Assembly (NCBI GenBank): GCA_947470805.1
Contig: CANIVU010000029.1
Span: 1,583-65,582 of the forward strand
Source: Acidobacteriota bacterium
Lineage (GTDB): Bacteria; Acidobacteriota; Terriglobia; Bryobacterales; Bryobacteraceae
Direction of reading: 5' to 3'
Length of the DNA stretch: 64,000 bases
The notes under the pieces: model-generated
Databases searched by the model: none
Told to the model about the DNA's origin: nothing
The model's input: only the letters and a program-made list of their open reading frames with translations
Translations under genes and position numbers: made by a program
Shown here: positions 10,986 through 19,546 of the stretch, in pieces
Numbering within the stretch: position 1 is the stretch's first letter
Layout of the letters: each line of letters opens with the position of its first letter

Positions 10986-11051
10986 CAGCCACCACCCATA
11001 ACAAAACCGACCCGCCAATTCCCACACCCGCCCCGGATTCCCCCTAAGACC

Positions 11052-13109
11052 CTACCCGCCCAACTCCCCCCGCGCCTTCCGCAACTCCTCCACCGCCTCC
11101 CCCTTCAACCCCTCCGCCGCCCGCTCCGCCTCCCGCACCATCTCCCGCGCCGCCCCCGCCCGCCCCAACTTCACCTCCACCTGCCCAGCCAGCAACAGGT
11201 TATGCACCAAACTCCCCCGCGCCCGAACGTCCTTAACATCCGCCGCGCAATGCGCCCGCAGCACCCCCAACGCCAATCCCAACTCCCGCTCAGCCACCGC
11301 AAACTTCCCCGCCCGCATCGCCAGCGCGCCCAAATAACTATGATCCGCCGCCACATTCAACTTCGCCGGCGTATCCTTCGGCGCCAACGCCGCCAGCTTC
11401 TCATCCGCCTCCAACGCCCGCGCCACCCCCGCCTCCGTACCCAACCGCCGCGACGCATTCGCCAGCAACCGCAACGGCTCCCGGTTCGCTGGATCTTTCG
11501 CCACCAACCCCGCGAATATCGAAATCGCCTCCTCCCGCGCCGCCGTCGATTCCGCCTTCCGCCCCAACCGCAAATACGCCTCCGCCCGCCCGAAATGCGC
11601 CATCCCCTTCCCCAACTGCGCCCGCCAGTGCGGCATCCACAACAGCCCCAACGCCCGTTCGCACAACCGCAGCGCCTCCTCCGGCCGCCCGCCCGCATTC
11701 TCCGTAGTCGCCAATCGCAACAACGCCTGCGCCAACTCCGCCTTCACCATCACCTCCAACGGCTGCCGCTTCGCCACCCCCTCCAACAAAACCACCGCCT
11801 TCGCAAAACTCGCATGCGCATCCCCCACCTGCCCCAAATTGGCCTCAAAATAGGAGCCCTGCACCTGCCCCAACTTCAAATACGATTGCGCCAACTCCCG
11901 CTGCAAATCGGCGTCATCCCCCGCCTCACTCGCCAACTGGTCCAAATACCGGATCGCCTTCCCCACCACCAGCGCCCGCGCCTCCGTCGACCCCTCCAAC
12001 GGCGCAATCGCGTCATGCAACTCAAACAACAACGAATTCGCCAACTGCCGGACTTCCTTAAACCGCCGCTCCGCCCGCCGCCCCTCCCGGATCGCCGTCC
12101 CCCCCGTAAACAACAGCGCGCCCCCCACAACCGCCGCCACCGCCACGCTCTTCCACCGCCGCCGCACAAACTTCCTCGCCCGATACACAACCCCGCCCGC
12201 CCGCGCCCGCACCGGTTCCCCCGCCAAATACCGCGCCAAATCCTCCCGCAAAAGCGCCGCCGTCGCGTACCGCTCCTCCACCGCCCCCGCCGTCGCCCGC
12301 GCCACAATCAACCCCAAATCCCCCGCCGCCCCGCCGTCCAATTTCCCCAATAATTTCCCCAGCGAATACACATCCGAAGCGGTCGTCAGCGGTCCTCCCG
12401 CCATCTGCTCCGGGCTCGCTACCTCCGGCGTCAGCGCCCGCCACCCCACCTGCGTCAACCCCGTCTCCGAATCCAACGCCTTGGCAATCCCAAAGTCCAA
12501 CAACTTCGGCCGCCCCTCCCGGTCCACCAACACATTCGCCGCCTTCAAATCCCGATGCAAAATCAGGTTCCGGTGCGCAAAATCCACCGCGTCGCAAACC
12601 GTCAAAAACAGCCCCAACCGCGCCCGCAAATCCAACGCCGAACAGTACTCATCCAACGCCTGCCCGTCCACGTACTCCATCACAAAATACGGCAGCCCGC
12701 TCTCCGTCACACCCCCATCCAGCAGCCGCACAATGTTTGGATGATTCAGCCGCGCCTGCAGCCGCCGCTCCTCCCGGAACCGCCCCAAAATCGCATCGGT
12801 GTCCATCCCCCGCTTGATCAGCTTAATCGCCACCGCCTGCTCAAAATCCCCGCCCGTCCGCTCGCCCAGATACACCGCGCCCATCCCGCCCCGCCCCAGT
12901 TCCCGCACAATCCGGTACGGCCCGATCGCCGCCGGCATCGCCCCCGGCAACGGCAAAAACGCAGGGTCCTCCGCCGCCAATAACGACCGCGCCTCCGCCC
13001 GAATCTCCGCGTCGACCTCCCCTGCCAATAGCGCCTCCCGCGCCGCCCCGTCCAACTCCAGCGCCGCCGCCACCAGCTCCTTCACCCGCTCCCACCGTTC
13101 CCCCGTCAC
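11052..13109 (-). CDS. Ser/Thr protein kinase with TM segment and C-terminal TPR-like repeats
   Basis: Motifs: HRDLKAANVLV, DFGIAKAL, and GGMGAVYLGER...AIKLIK. TM at VAVAAVVGGALLF, followed by a long helical-repeat tail. The longest ORF starts at 13154. I prefer GTG 13109, which forms a GTGA overlap with the stop of the upstream sigma-factor gene. Confidence 0.9.
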   Translation of the reverse strand: MTGERWERVKELVAAALELDGAAREALLAGEVDAEIRAEARSLLAAEDPAFLPLPGAMPAAIGPYRIVRELGRGGMGAVYLGERTGGDFEQAVAIKLIKRGMDTDAILGRFREERRLQARLNHPNIVRLLDGGVTESGLPYFVMEYVDGQALDEYCSALDLRARLGLFLTVCDAVDFAHRNLILHRDLKAANVLVDREGRPKLLDFGIAKALDSETGLTQVGWRALTPEVASPEQMAGGPLTTASDVYSLGKLLGKLDGGAAGDLGLIVARATAGAVEERYATAALLREDLARYLAGEPVRARAGGVVYRARKFVRRRWKSVAVAAVVGGALLFTGGTAIREGRRAERRFKEVRQLANSLLFELHDAIAPLEGSTEARALVVGKAIRYLDQLASEAGDDADLQRELAQSYLKLGQVQGSYFEANLGQVGDAHASFAKAVVLLEGVAKRQPLEVMVKAELAQALLRLATTENAGGRPEEALRLCERALGLLWMPHWRAQLGKGMAHFGRAEAYLRLGRKAESTAAREEAISIFAGLVAKDPANREPLRLLANASRRLGTEAGVARALEADEKLAALAPKDTPAKLNVAADHSYLGALAMRAGKFAVAERELGLALGVLRAHCAADVKDVRARGSLVHNLLLAGQVEVKLGRAGAAREMVREAERAAEGLKGEAVEELRKARGELGG

Positions 13110-13627
13110 CCGCCCCCCAGTTCCCGCTTCAGCCACAGGCGCGCCACCTGCCACTCCCGCTTCACCGTCGCCACGGAAAGCTCCATCGCCTCCGCCGTCT
13201 CCTCAATCGTCAACCCGCCAAAGCATCGCAACTCCACCACCTGCGCCTGACGCGGGTCCATTACCGCCAGCCGCTCTAAAGCCTCGTGTAAATCCGCAAA
13301 CGGCACCGCCGCCTGCGCCTCCAACCCGTCAATCGCCGTGTCCAGCGACAGCACCGCCGCTGGGCCGCCCCGCTTCTCCGCCCCCCGCGCCTCGGCATGG
13401 TGCAGCAGCACCCGCCGCATCAGCCGCGCCGCCACCCCCACAAACTGCGCCCGATTGGAAAAGTCCACCGCATACTGCTTCTGCAGCTCCAAAAACGCCT
13501 CGTGCACCAGCGCCGTCGGCTGCAAAGTATGGCCCTCCCGCTCCCGGCTCATGTACCGCGCCGCCACCATCCGCAGCTCGTCATAAACCAGGGGCAGCAT
13601 CGCCTCCAGCGATTTTTCCGCGCCCAT
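13106..13627 (-). CDS. ECF-type RNA polymerase sigma factor (TIGR02999-like, kinase-associated group)
   Basis: MLPLVYDELRMVAARYMSREREGHTLQPTALVHEAFLEL (region 2) and LTIEETAEAMELSVATVKREWQVARLWL (region 4 HTH). It lies immediately upstream of the kinase. Confidence 0.9.
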   Translation of the reverse strand: MGAEKSLEAMLPLVYDELRMVAARYMSREREGHTLQPTALVHEAFLELQKQYAVDFSNRAQFVGVAARLMRRVLLHHAEARGAEKRGGPAAVLSLDTAIDGLEAQAAVPFADLHEALERLAVMDPRQAQVVELRCFGGLTIEETAEAMELSVATVKREWQVARLWLKRELGGG

Positions 13628-13666
13628 GAGCCAATTACATCACTTTTCCGGCGTTCCCTTGTAGCA

Positions 13667-15136
13667 ATGCAAAAACTGTTCACAATCCTCGCCCTGGCCC
13701 TCGCCGCCTTCCCCCAAACTCCCACCGGCCTCGCCGTCCTCCAAGCCACCAGCAAACAGGTGCAGCTCTCCTGGACCGGCGGCCAGCCCGCATACGTCGT
13801 GGAACGCAAACCCCTCGGCGGCGTCTACTCCGCCCTCCCCTCCAATACCGATCCTGCCACCAGCACCTATACCGACAGCGCCATCGCCCCCTACGAAACC
13901 TACACCTACCGCGTCCGCACCCGCCTCTCCCCCACCACCCTCTCGGACCCTTCCGACGAATTCACCGTCGGCCCCCCGCCCACCGGCCTCTCCCTCGCCT
14001 CGCCCCTCAACCCCGCCATCACCGCCTACTCCCTCACCACCCCCGCCAACTTCGGCGCCCGCCTCCGCATCGCCCTCGATTCCAATGGCGACCCCGCCAT
14101 CGCCTACTACATCTACTCTCCCCAGGAGGACCCCGCCAAAAGCTTCGTCGAATTCGTCTCCTGGAACCGCGTCACCTACAAGTGGAACACCCCGCGCAAA
14201 GTAGCCATGACCGGCGACATGCTCGGCGCCCCCATCCTCGCCCGCGACGCCGCCTCCAACACCTGGGGCGTCGCCTACGGCAAGTACGGCGGTAACCCGC
14301 GCATCGCCCTCAGCCGCGACAACGGCGACACCTGGTCCGACAATGACTTCCTCGATTGCGCTGACTCGAGTTGCGGCGCCCCCGCCCTCGCCATGGGCGC
14401 CGGCAAGCTGCACTTGGCCGTTCTCCGCTCCCCCGAAGGCGTCCGCTACGTCACCGGCTCTATCAACGAGCCGGCCTCGGCCTGGCAATCCCAACTCGTA
14501 CCCAAGCCCATTGGCGGCTTCGAAGCCATCGGCCCCGTCGACCTCGCCGTCGACTCCGCCAACCAGCCCGCCGTCGCCTTCTGGTCGAATACCGACAGCT
14601 ACAACTTAATCCTCGGCGTCTGGCGACCCGGCCAGCAAACCCAAATCGCCATGGACACCGCCGGCTACCAGACGGACGCCCCGGAGGTGGACCTGAAATT
14701 CGCCGGTGCCAGTGCCCGCCTGCTCGCCGTCGCCCGCCGCACCGAGGAGTTCTACAACCGTTACGACCAGAATCTCTGGCTCCTCCGCGACCTGGGTGGT
14801 GCGTTCTCCGTACCCCAGAATCTGCCCACTGACGGAGAAGTCACCCTCGGCGTCCCGTCTCTCGCAGTGGGCTCCGCTGGCCAGATATCAGTCGCCGCCA
14901 CTGAAGTCGGCGGCAGCGGCATCGATGTCCGTTGTGGCAGCATGAAGCTCATCGACCAGCCCTCCGAATCCGGCCCCTGGCAGGCCTGCTCCCCCATCGC
15001 CCGCGACGGCCAGCCGTTCTACGACGTCAACTTCCCCCGTGTCATCTACGCCCCCAACGACGCCCGTTACATCATCTTCACCAACACCGGCGCCGACACC
15101 CAATACCCCGGCGTAGTCGTCTGGCGCGAACGCTAA
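13667..15136 (+). CDS. Secreted FN3 + BNR/Asp-box (sialidase-like beta-propeller) protein
   Basis: ORF trimmed to ATG 13667 (MQKLFTILALALAAFPQ signal). FN3-like segment LQATSKQVQLSWTGG...YTYRVRT. Asp-box SRDNGDTWS. Confidence 0.7.
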   Translation: MQKLFTILALALAAFPQTPTGLAVLQATSKQVQLSWTGGQPAYVVERKPLGGVYSALPSNTDPATSTYTDSAIAPYETYTYRVRTRLSPTTLSDPSDEFTVGPPPTGLSLASPLNPAITAYSLTTPANFGARLRIALDSNGDPAIAYYIYSPQEDPAKSFVEFVSWNRVTYKWNTPRKVAMTGDMLGAPILARDAASNTWGVAYGKYGGNPRIALSRDNGDTWSDNDFLDCADSSCGAPALAMGAGKLHLAVLRSPEGVRYVTGSINEPASAWQSQLVPKPIGGFEAIGPVDLAVDSANQPAVAFWSNTDSYNLILGVWRPGQQTQIAMDTAGYQTDAPEVDLKFAGASARLLAVARRTEEFYNRYDQNLWLLRDLGGAFSVPQNLPTDGEVTLGVPSLAVGSAGQISVAATEVGGSGIDVRCGSMKLIDQPSESGPWQACSPIARDGQPFYDVNFPRVIYAPNDARYIIFTNTGADTQYPGVVVWRER

Positions 15137-15141
15137 CCCCA

Positions 15142-15176
15142 GACAAATCCTGGGTGACTGTCACCCAGGATTTGTC
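15142..15176. terminator. Perfect 17-bp-arm palindrome between convergent genes (putative bidirectional terminator hairpin)
   Basis: The palindrome is gacaaatcctgggtgac t gtcacccaggatttgtc. It sits 6 nt after the stop at 15136 and 14 nt before the stop of the minus-strand gene at 15190. There is no strong U-tract. Confidence 0.55.
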
Positions 15177-15189
15177 CGATCCATTTCAT

Positions 15190-15699
15190 TCACCGCCCCA
15201 CCACCGCCACCGTCCCATCCCGCTCCACCCTCACAAAGAACGCAAACTTCCCCACATTCTTCGAATTCGTGAAATACACATGCGACCCCGAATACCGCCC
15301 CTCCCAAACCCCGTCTTTCTCCGTGACCGCCTCCAAACAAACGGTGCTCTCCAAGTGCCAGTAGGTCCGGATCACCCCGGCCTCAATCAATGGCCGCACG
15401 CTTTTCAACCCCACCAGTTTCCCCACCACCGCCCGCTCCCCGGCCCGCAGCTTCGTCACATCCACAACGGTCAAATCCGAAACCAACCCCGCATCGGCCA
15501 CTACCCGCTGCCCGTCCACCCATAACAACCCGCCAAGATTCCCCAACGGCCGCATCCGCGCCTGATCAATCGGCGCCGCCGCGAACGCCACCGGAAAATC
15601 ATCCGCCGGCAACCCCAGCTTCCGCATCTCGGTCAACGGCGAAGCGGAATGCAAAACCCCAAACGTCTCGATACACAGTGCCACCAGCAGTACCCCCAT
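15190..15699 (-). CDS. Hypothetical protein with N-terminal hydrophobic segment
   Basis: 169-aa ORF with the G-ending codon style expected for minus-strand genes in this flank. Its start abuts the stop of the upstream membrane-protein gene. No motif recognised. Confidence 0.5.
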   Translation of the reverse strand: MGVLLVALCIETFGVLHSASPLTEMRKLGLPADDFPVAFAAAPIDQARMRPLGNLGGLLWVDGQRVVADAGLVSDLTVVDVTKLRAGERAVVGKLVGLKSVRPLIEAGVIRTYWHLESTVCLEAVTEKDGVWEGRYSGSHVYFTNSKNVGKFAFFVRVERDGTVAVVGR

Positions 15700-16290
15700 C
15701 TAGAAAATCTCCGACGCCCGCAAGTTCCGCACAACCCCAACAACCCCCAGCCCCACCCCGCCCGCCCGCAACACCGGCCCCAGCCACCCGCCACCTGCCA
15801 ACTCCACCTGCTGCCACCAGGCAACCTCCCCCACCACGCCCGGCAGCAAAATACAGAAGAAAGTAGCCACCAACGCCATCACCACGCCCCCCTCCATCGA
15901 CTCTCCAAACCCCGCCTGCAACAACAAAAACGCCACCGCCAGCGCCACGCAGGTCGAAACATAGCTGAACACATCCGCCACCAGATACACCCGCGAATCC
16001 CCCTCCAACCCCCAACTCAACACCGGATACGCCAATTCAAACAGAAAGAACAACCCCCAGCCCCGCATCCGCTCCCGAAACGCCGCCCGGATCGGCGGCA
16101 GGAACGCCCAGGAGAAATAGATCAAGAACGCCCACGAAAGATACACCCCGTTCAGCCAGACACTCCCCAACCAGCCCCCCGCGTTCGGCAGCGACAACAA
16201 CAACAAATGCGCCACCATCGGCGCCACCGCGATGACGCCACACAGCAGGCAAAACACCACCCATTCCAATCTGCGGCCCCAGATGCTCAC
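15700..16290 (-). CDS. Hypothetical integral membrane protein (about 6 TM)
   Basis: 196 aa. Hydrophobic helices include VVFCLLCGVIAVAPMVAHLLLL and GLFFLFELAYPVLSW. Codon style fits the strand. Directly followed by 15190..15699. Confidence 0.6.
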   Translation of the reverse strand: MSIWGRRLEWVVFCLLCGVIAVAPMVAHLLLLSLPNAGGWLGSVWLNGVYLSWAFLIYFSWAFLPPIRAAFRERMRGWGLFFLFELAYPVLSWGLEGDSRVYLVADVFSYVSTCVALAVAFLLLQAGFGESMEGGVVMALVATFFCILLPGVVGEVAWWQQVELAGGGWLGPVLRAGGVGLGVVGVVRNLRASEIF

Positions 16291-16326
16291 TCCGGTATCT
16301 TATCGGCAAAACGTAGACGACATACG

Positions 16327-16949
16327 ATGGCGCATGCTCGGTGGCAACTCCTCCAGCGAAATCCGCCGCTACCCCGAGGTCTCCACCAACCACGGCATCT
16401 GCAGCACATCCTCGAACAGCGCCACGACGAAGAACGCGTCCGCAACCACGAGCCCTACATCGAAGGCTTCAGGAACGCCATCTGGGATCTGGGGCTCTAC
16501 GAATGGGGTCGTCCGCGAACCCAATTTCACCCTGTTCCTCAACACCACCATTCGCGAAGTGGAAAGGCGCGCTCCAAACGCAGTCCTCGGCGTCCACGCC
16601 TACCAACTCGGCACAGAAAAGAAGTACTTGATCTCCGCCCCGCTATTCGTTGATTCCAGAAGAGATGGCATCCCTTTAAGAAGTTGCTACACCCGCTACA
16701 GAACAAACATTCTCCTCGACCCGGGTCCGCCACATTGGCACCAGCACCGCCGCGAGCTCCAGGGCCCTCGAATTCCCAGTGGGCAATCCCTGGACACCGC
16801 CGCCAACACCCTTCGTGCAATTGTTCCTCATTTCGACAGATCATGTTGAATCGGTGACGCTTGGCTTCCCCGCCGCCGAAACTGTCTCCGATTTCCGCTC
16901 CACCACCGATCTCGCGCGCAACATGATCAAAGCAACAGACGAAGAATAA
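16327..16949 (+). pseudogene. Decayed fragment of a FAD-dependent oxidoreductase (PF12831-like)
   Basis: Family-typical blocks are split over two frames. LGGNSSSEIR and VREPNFTLFLNTTIREVE...AYQLGTEKKYLISAPLFVDSRRDG are in one frame. AIWDLGLYEW, which lies between them, is in another frame. The N-terminal GxGxxG Rossmann part is missing. Confidence 0.5.
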
Positions 16950-17140
16950 CGCACCATCCCGTTGAATTTAAAGGCGACACTGAACCGACTGCATTGGATT
17001 TACCTGGAAAATGCACAGGGAGCGGAATGGGTCCGCCCCCCAGCGGATCGGAACGGTATGACTGACGTTTGGCACCGACAGGAACCGTCATACCCGCCCG
17101 CCGCTACGAATTCCGCGCCCACCCCTAACCTTTTTCCACA

Positions 17141-17181
17141 GGGCCGTGCTACCGGAAATCACTGAGGTCGGATTTCCCCGG
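17141..17181. repeat. Dispersed copy of the 10.8-kb repeat core with hairpin
   Basis: gccgtgctaccggaaat (17143-17159) is identical to the core at 10783-10799 and 10936-10952. It is followed by a 7-bp inverted repeat, ggaaatc (17154-17160) / gatttcc (17171-17177). Confidence 0.7.
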
Positions 17182-17205
17182 CGGCTACGGATACACTAGA
17201 TAATC

Positions 17206-18276
17206 GTGTCCCGCCTACTCTCCCTCGACGCCTTCCGCGGCCTGACGATCGCGCTGATGATCCTCGTCAACACGCCCGGCGACGGCCGCACCACCTACGC
17301 TCCACTCCAACACGCCGAATGGCACGGCTGGACCCTCACCGATTGCGTCTTCCCCAGCTTCGTCTGGATCGTCGGCGTCGCCATCACCCTCTCCCTCGGC
17401 CGCAAGCTCGGCCAACCCCGCTCCCAACTCTACAAAGACATCTTCCGCCGCGCCGCCATCCTCTTCGGCCTCGGTCTGCTCATCTACGCCTTCCCCACCT
17501 TCCCGCTCGACACCTTCCGCATCCTCGGCGTCCTGCAGCGAATCGCCATATGCTATGCCATCGCGGCCTTCCTGTTTCTCAACACCTCCGTCCGCGGCCA
17601 GATCATCGCAACGCTCGGCTTGCTCGGCGGCTACTGGGCCATCATGAGCTTCATCCCCGCCCCCGGCTTCGCCGCCGGCGACCTCTCCGTGGAAGGCAAC
17701 ATCGCCCACTACATCGACAAAATCGTACTCGGCGCCCACAACTACGGCGAAACCAAAACCTGGGATCCCGAAGGCATCGTTAGCACCCTGCCCGCCATCG
17801 CCACCTGCCTGCTCGGCGTGCTGGCCGGACACATCCTCCAGTCCTCCAACGACGTCCAGAAACGCGCCCTGCGCCTGGTCGTCATCGGCATCATCCTGAT
17901 CGCCGCCGGCCTCGCTCTCAACACCGTCCTGCCCATCAACAAAAAGCTTTGGACCTCGTCCTTCACCCTCCTCATGGCCGGCCTCGATTGCAGCGTCTTC
18001 GCCTTCCTGCTCTGGCTCATCGATGGAATGAAAGTCGTGAAGCCATTCCAGCCCGCAATGGTCATGGGCATGAACGCCATCGCCCTCTATATGGCCAGCG
18101 AGTTCATCGAGATCATCCTGCACATGCTGCACTGGAAAACGGCCATTTATCAGGCCGTTTTCGTGCCGCTCGCCTCGCCCATGAACGCGAGCCTGCTCTA
18201 CGCGTTAACCTACGTAGCCCTGCACCTGGCCCTGGCCTACTGGCTATATGCCCGCAAACTTTTCCTTCGCGCTTGA
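17206..18276 (+). CDS. Membrane acyltransferase, heparan-alpha-glucosaminide N-acetyltransferase-like (DUF5009/DUF1624)
   Basis: GTG start. LLSLDAFRGLTIALMILVNTPG...HAEWHGWTLTDCVFPSFVWIVGVA, with about 10 TM helices. Confidence 0.8.
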   Translation: MSRLLSLDAFRGLTIALMILVNTPGDGRTTYAPLQHAEWHGWTLTDCVFPSFVWIVGVAITLSLGRKLGQPRSQLYKDIFRRAAILFGLGLLIYAFPTFPLDTFRILGVLQRIAICYAIAAFLFLNTSVRGQIIATLGLLGGYWAIMSFIPAPGFAAGDLSVEGNIAHYIDKIVLGAHNYGETKTWDPEGIVSTLPAIATCLLGVLAGHILQSSNDVQKRALRLVVIGIILIAAGLALNTVLPINKKLWTSSFTLLMAGLDCSVFAFLLWLIDGMKVVKPFQPAMVMGMNAIALYMASEFIEIILHMLHWKTAIYQAVFVPLASPMNASLLYALTYVALHLALAYWLYARKLFLRA

Positions 18277-18612
18277 GCCCAGGCCCAGCACATCGCGCAC
18301 CTCGCGACGCCGCACGACCTCCGCCGGACCGCCCGCCGTCCGCCCGGCCCACTCCACCAACTTCCGGTAGGAAACGGCATGGGACACCTCCCGGTTCTCG
18401 TGAATCAAAACCTGAATCACGTTGATCCCGGAGGCGATCTCCCCCACCCACCCGTGGCGTCGCAGTTCGGCCAGCCCGCGCGCCGCCGCCAGGTACACCG
18501 AATCGCCCTCCACCGTCACCGTGTGGTCGATCCCATTCATGTCTGTCACCGTAACCCGGCACTGTTTTTGCGCCATGCGAAGAGCATACCACTTTCGCCG
18601 TTTGTTCGCCAT
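18244..18612 (-). CDS. Small hypothetical protein
   Basis: 122-aa ORF with G-ending codons like the other minus-strand genes of the left flank. Its 3' end overlaps the convergent gene by 33 nt. No motif recognised. An alternative start exists at Met13 (18576). Confidence 0.45.
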   Translation of the reverse strand: MANKRRKWYALRMAQKQCRVTVTDMNGIDHTVTVEGDSVYLAAARGLAELRRHGWVGEIASGINVIQVLIHENREVSHAVSYRKLVEWAGRTAGGPAEVVRRREVRDVLGLGSSAKEKFAGI

Positions 18613-18633
18613 GAAAATAGGTACAATCGGGGT

Positions 18634-19545
18634 ATGTTTGCGCGATTTTTGGTACCTTTTGTATGCATTTCGACGCTCTTTTCACAAGGGTGGAAGGATC
18701 CATCGACGCATAAGACCCAGATGGTGCCCGTCGCCACCGGGGTCCAGTTGGAGGTCCTCGACTGGGGCGGCACCGGCCGGCCGCTGGTCCTTTTGGCCGG
18801 CTACCTCTCCGCGCACACCTATGACGACCTGGCTCCGAAGCTGACCGGGAGCTTCCATGTTTATGGGATTTCGCGCCGCGGCTACGGCGCCTCCACGCGG
18901 ACCGAAGAGGGCCATACGGCCGACTGGTCGGCCGCCGATGTCCTGAAGGTATTGGAAACGTTGAACTTGAACAACGTGATACTGGCCGGCCACTCCTGGG
19001 GCGGACAGGACGCCTCGACCATCGGCGCGCAGGGCTCGCCGCGGGTGACCGGACTGGTCTACATCAACTCCGCCGAAGACCCGACGCTGACCATGCCGGA
19101 CTACAAGATCCCGCCGGGCACCGTCCCTCCGACCGCCACCAAGCCGGTGCCGGTGGACCGCTCCTCCTTCGCCGCCTACATGGCTTGGCAGAAGAAAACA
19201 CAGGGGATGACGTTCCCGGAATCGGAATTGCGGCAGATCTACGAAGAGAAGCCGGACGGGAGCCTGGGCGCGGCGAAGTCGTCGCTGCAGATTCGCGACG
19301 CGATCTTCGCCGGCCGGAAGAAGCCGGAATACGCCAAGATCCAGGTGCCGGTGCTGGCGCTCTTCGCCAAAACCGACACGAAGAACCCGATCGATATCAT
19401 CATCCGCAAGCGGCACCGGGACGACTTTATTCAGGGCGTGCCGAAGGCGAAGGTGGTGGACATCGAAGGCGGGAACTTCTACCTGTTCGCGTCGCACCCG
19501 GACGAAGTGGCCAAAGAGATCATCGCCTTCGGCGCGGCCAAGTAA
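18634..19545 (+). CDS. Secreted alpha/beta hydrolase
   Basis: ORF trimmed to ATG 18634 (MFARFLVPFVCISTLFSQG signal). Motifs: LVLLAGY and nucleophile elbow GHSWGG. C-terminal region GGNFYLFASHPDEV. Confidence 0.85.
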   Translation: MFARFLVPFVCISTLFSQGWKDPSTHKTQMVPVATGVQLEVLDWGGTGRPLVLLAGYLSAHTYDDLAPKLTGSFHVYGISRRGYGASTRTEEGHTADWSAADVLKVLETLNLNNVILAGHSWGGQDASTIGAQGSPRVTGLVYINSAEDPTLTMPDYKIPPGTVPPTATKPVPVDRSSFAAYMAWQKKTQGMTFPESELRQIYEEKPDGSLGAAKSSLQIRDAIFAGRKKPEYAKIQVPVLALFAKTDTKNPIDIIIRKRHRDDFIQGVPKAKVVDIEGGNFYLFASHPDEVAKEIIAFGAAK

Positions 19546-19546
19546 G

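Noticed and set aside
10749-11027. N-terminal 93-codon extension of the sulfatase ORF, containing a duplicated ...SGSTAPGE(I/V)WG... peptide
   Set aside because: The duplication is the translation of the tandem DNA repeat. A Tat-like signal peptide begins at the internal ATG 10748, directly before the conserved sulfatase core.
9327-12353. Long plus-strand ORFs 9327..10673 (448 aa) and 10854..12353 (499 aa)
   Set aside because: They are antisense to the sulfatase and kinase genes. Their translations are R/P/H/Q-rich low-complexity strings with no motifs. The opposite-strand genes carry clear catalytic signatures.
16962-17165. 67-aa ORF with a TTG start in the gap before 17206
   Set aside because: It runs through the repeat element. 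Its composition is atypical and it has no motif. It is probably non-coding.
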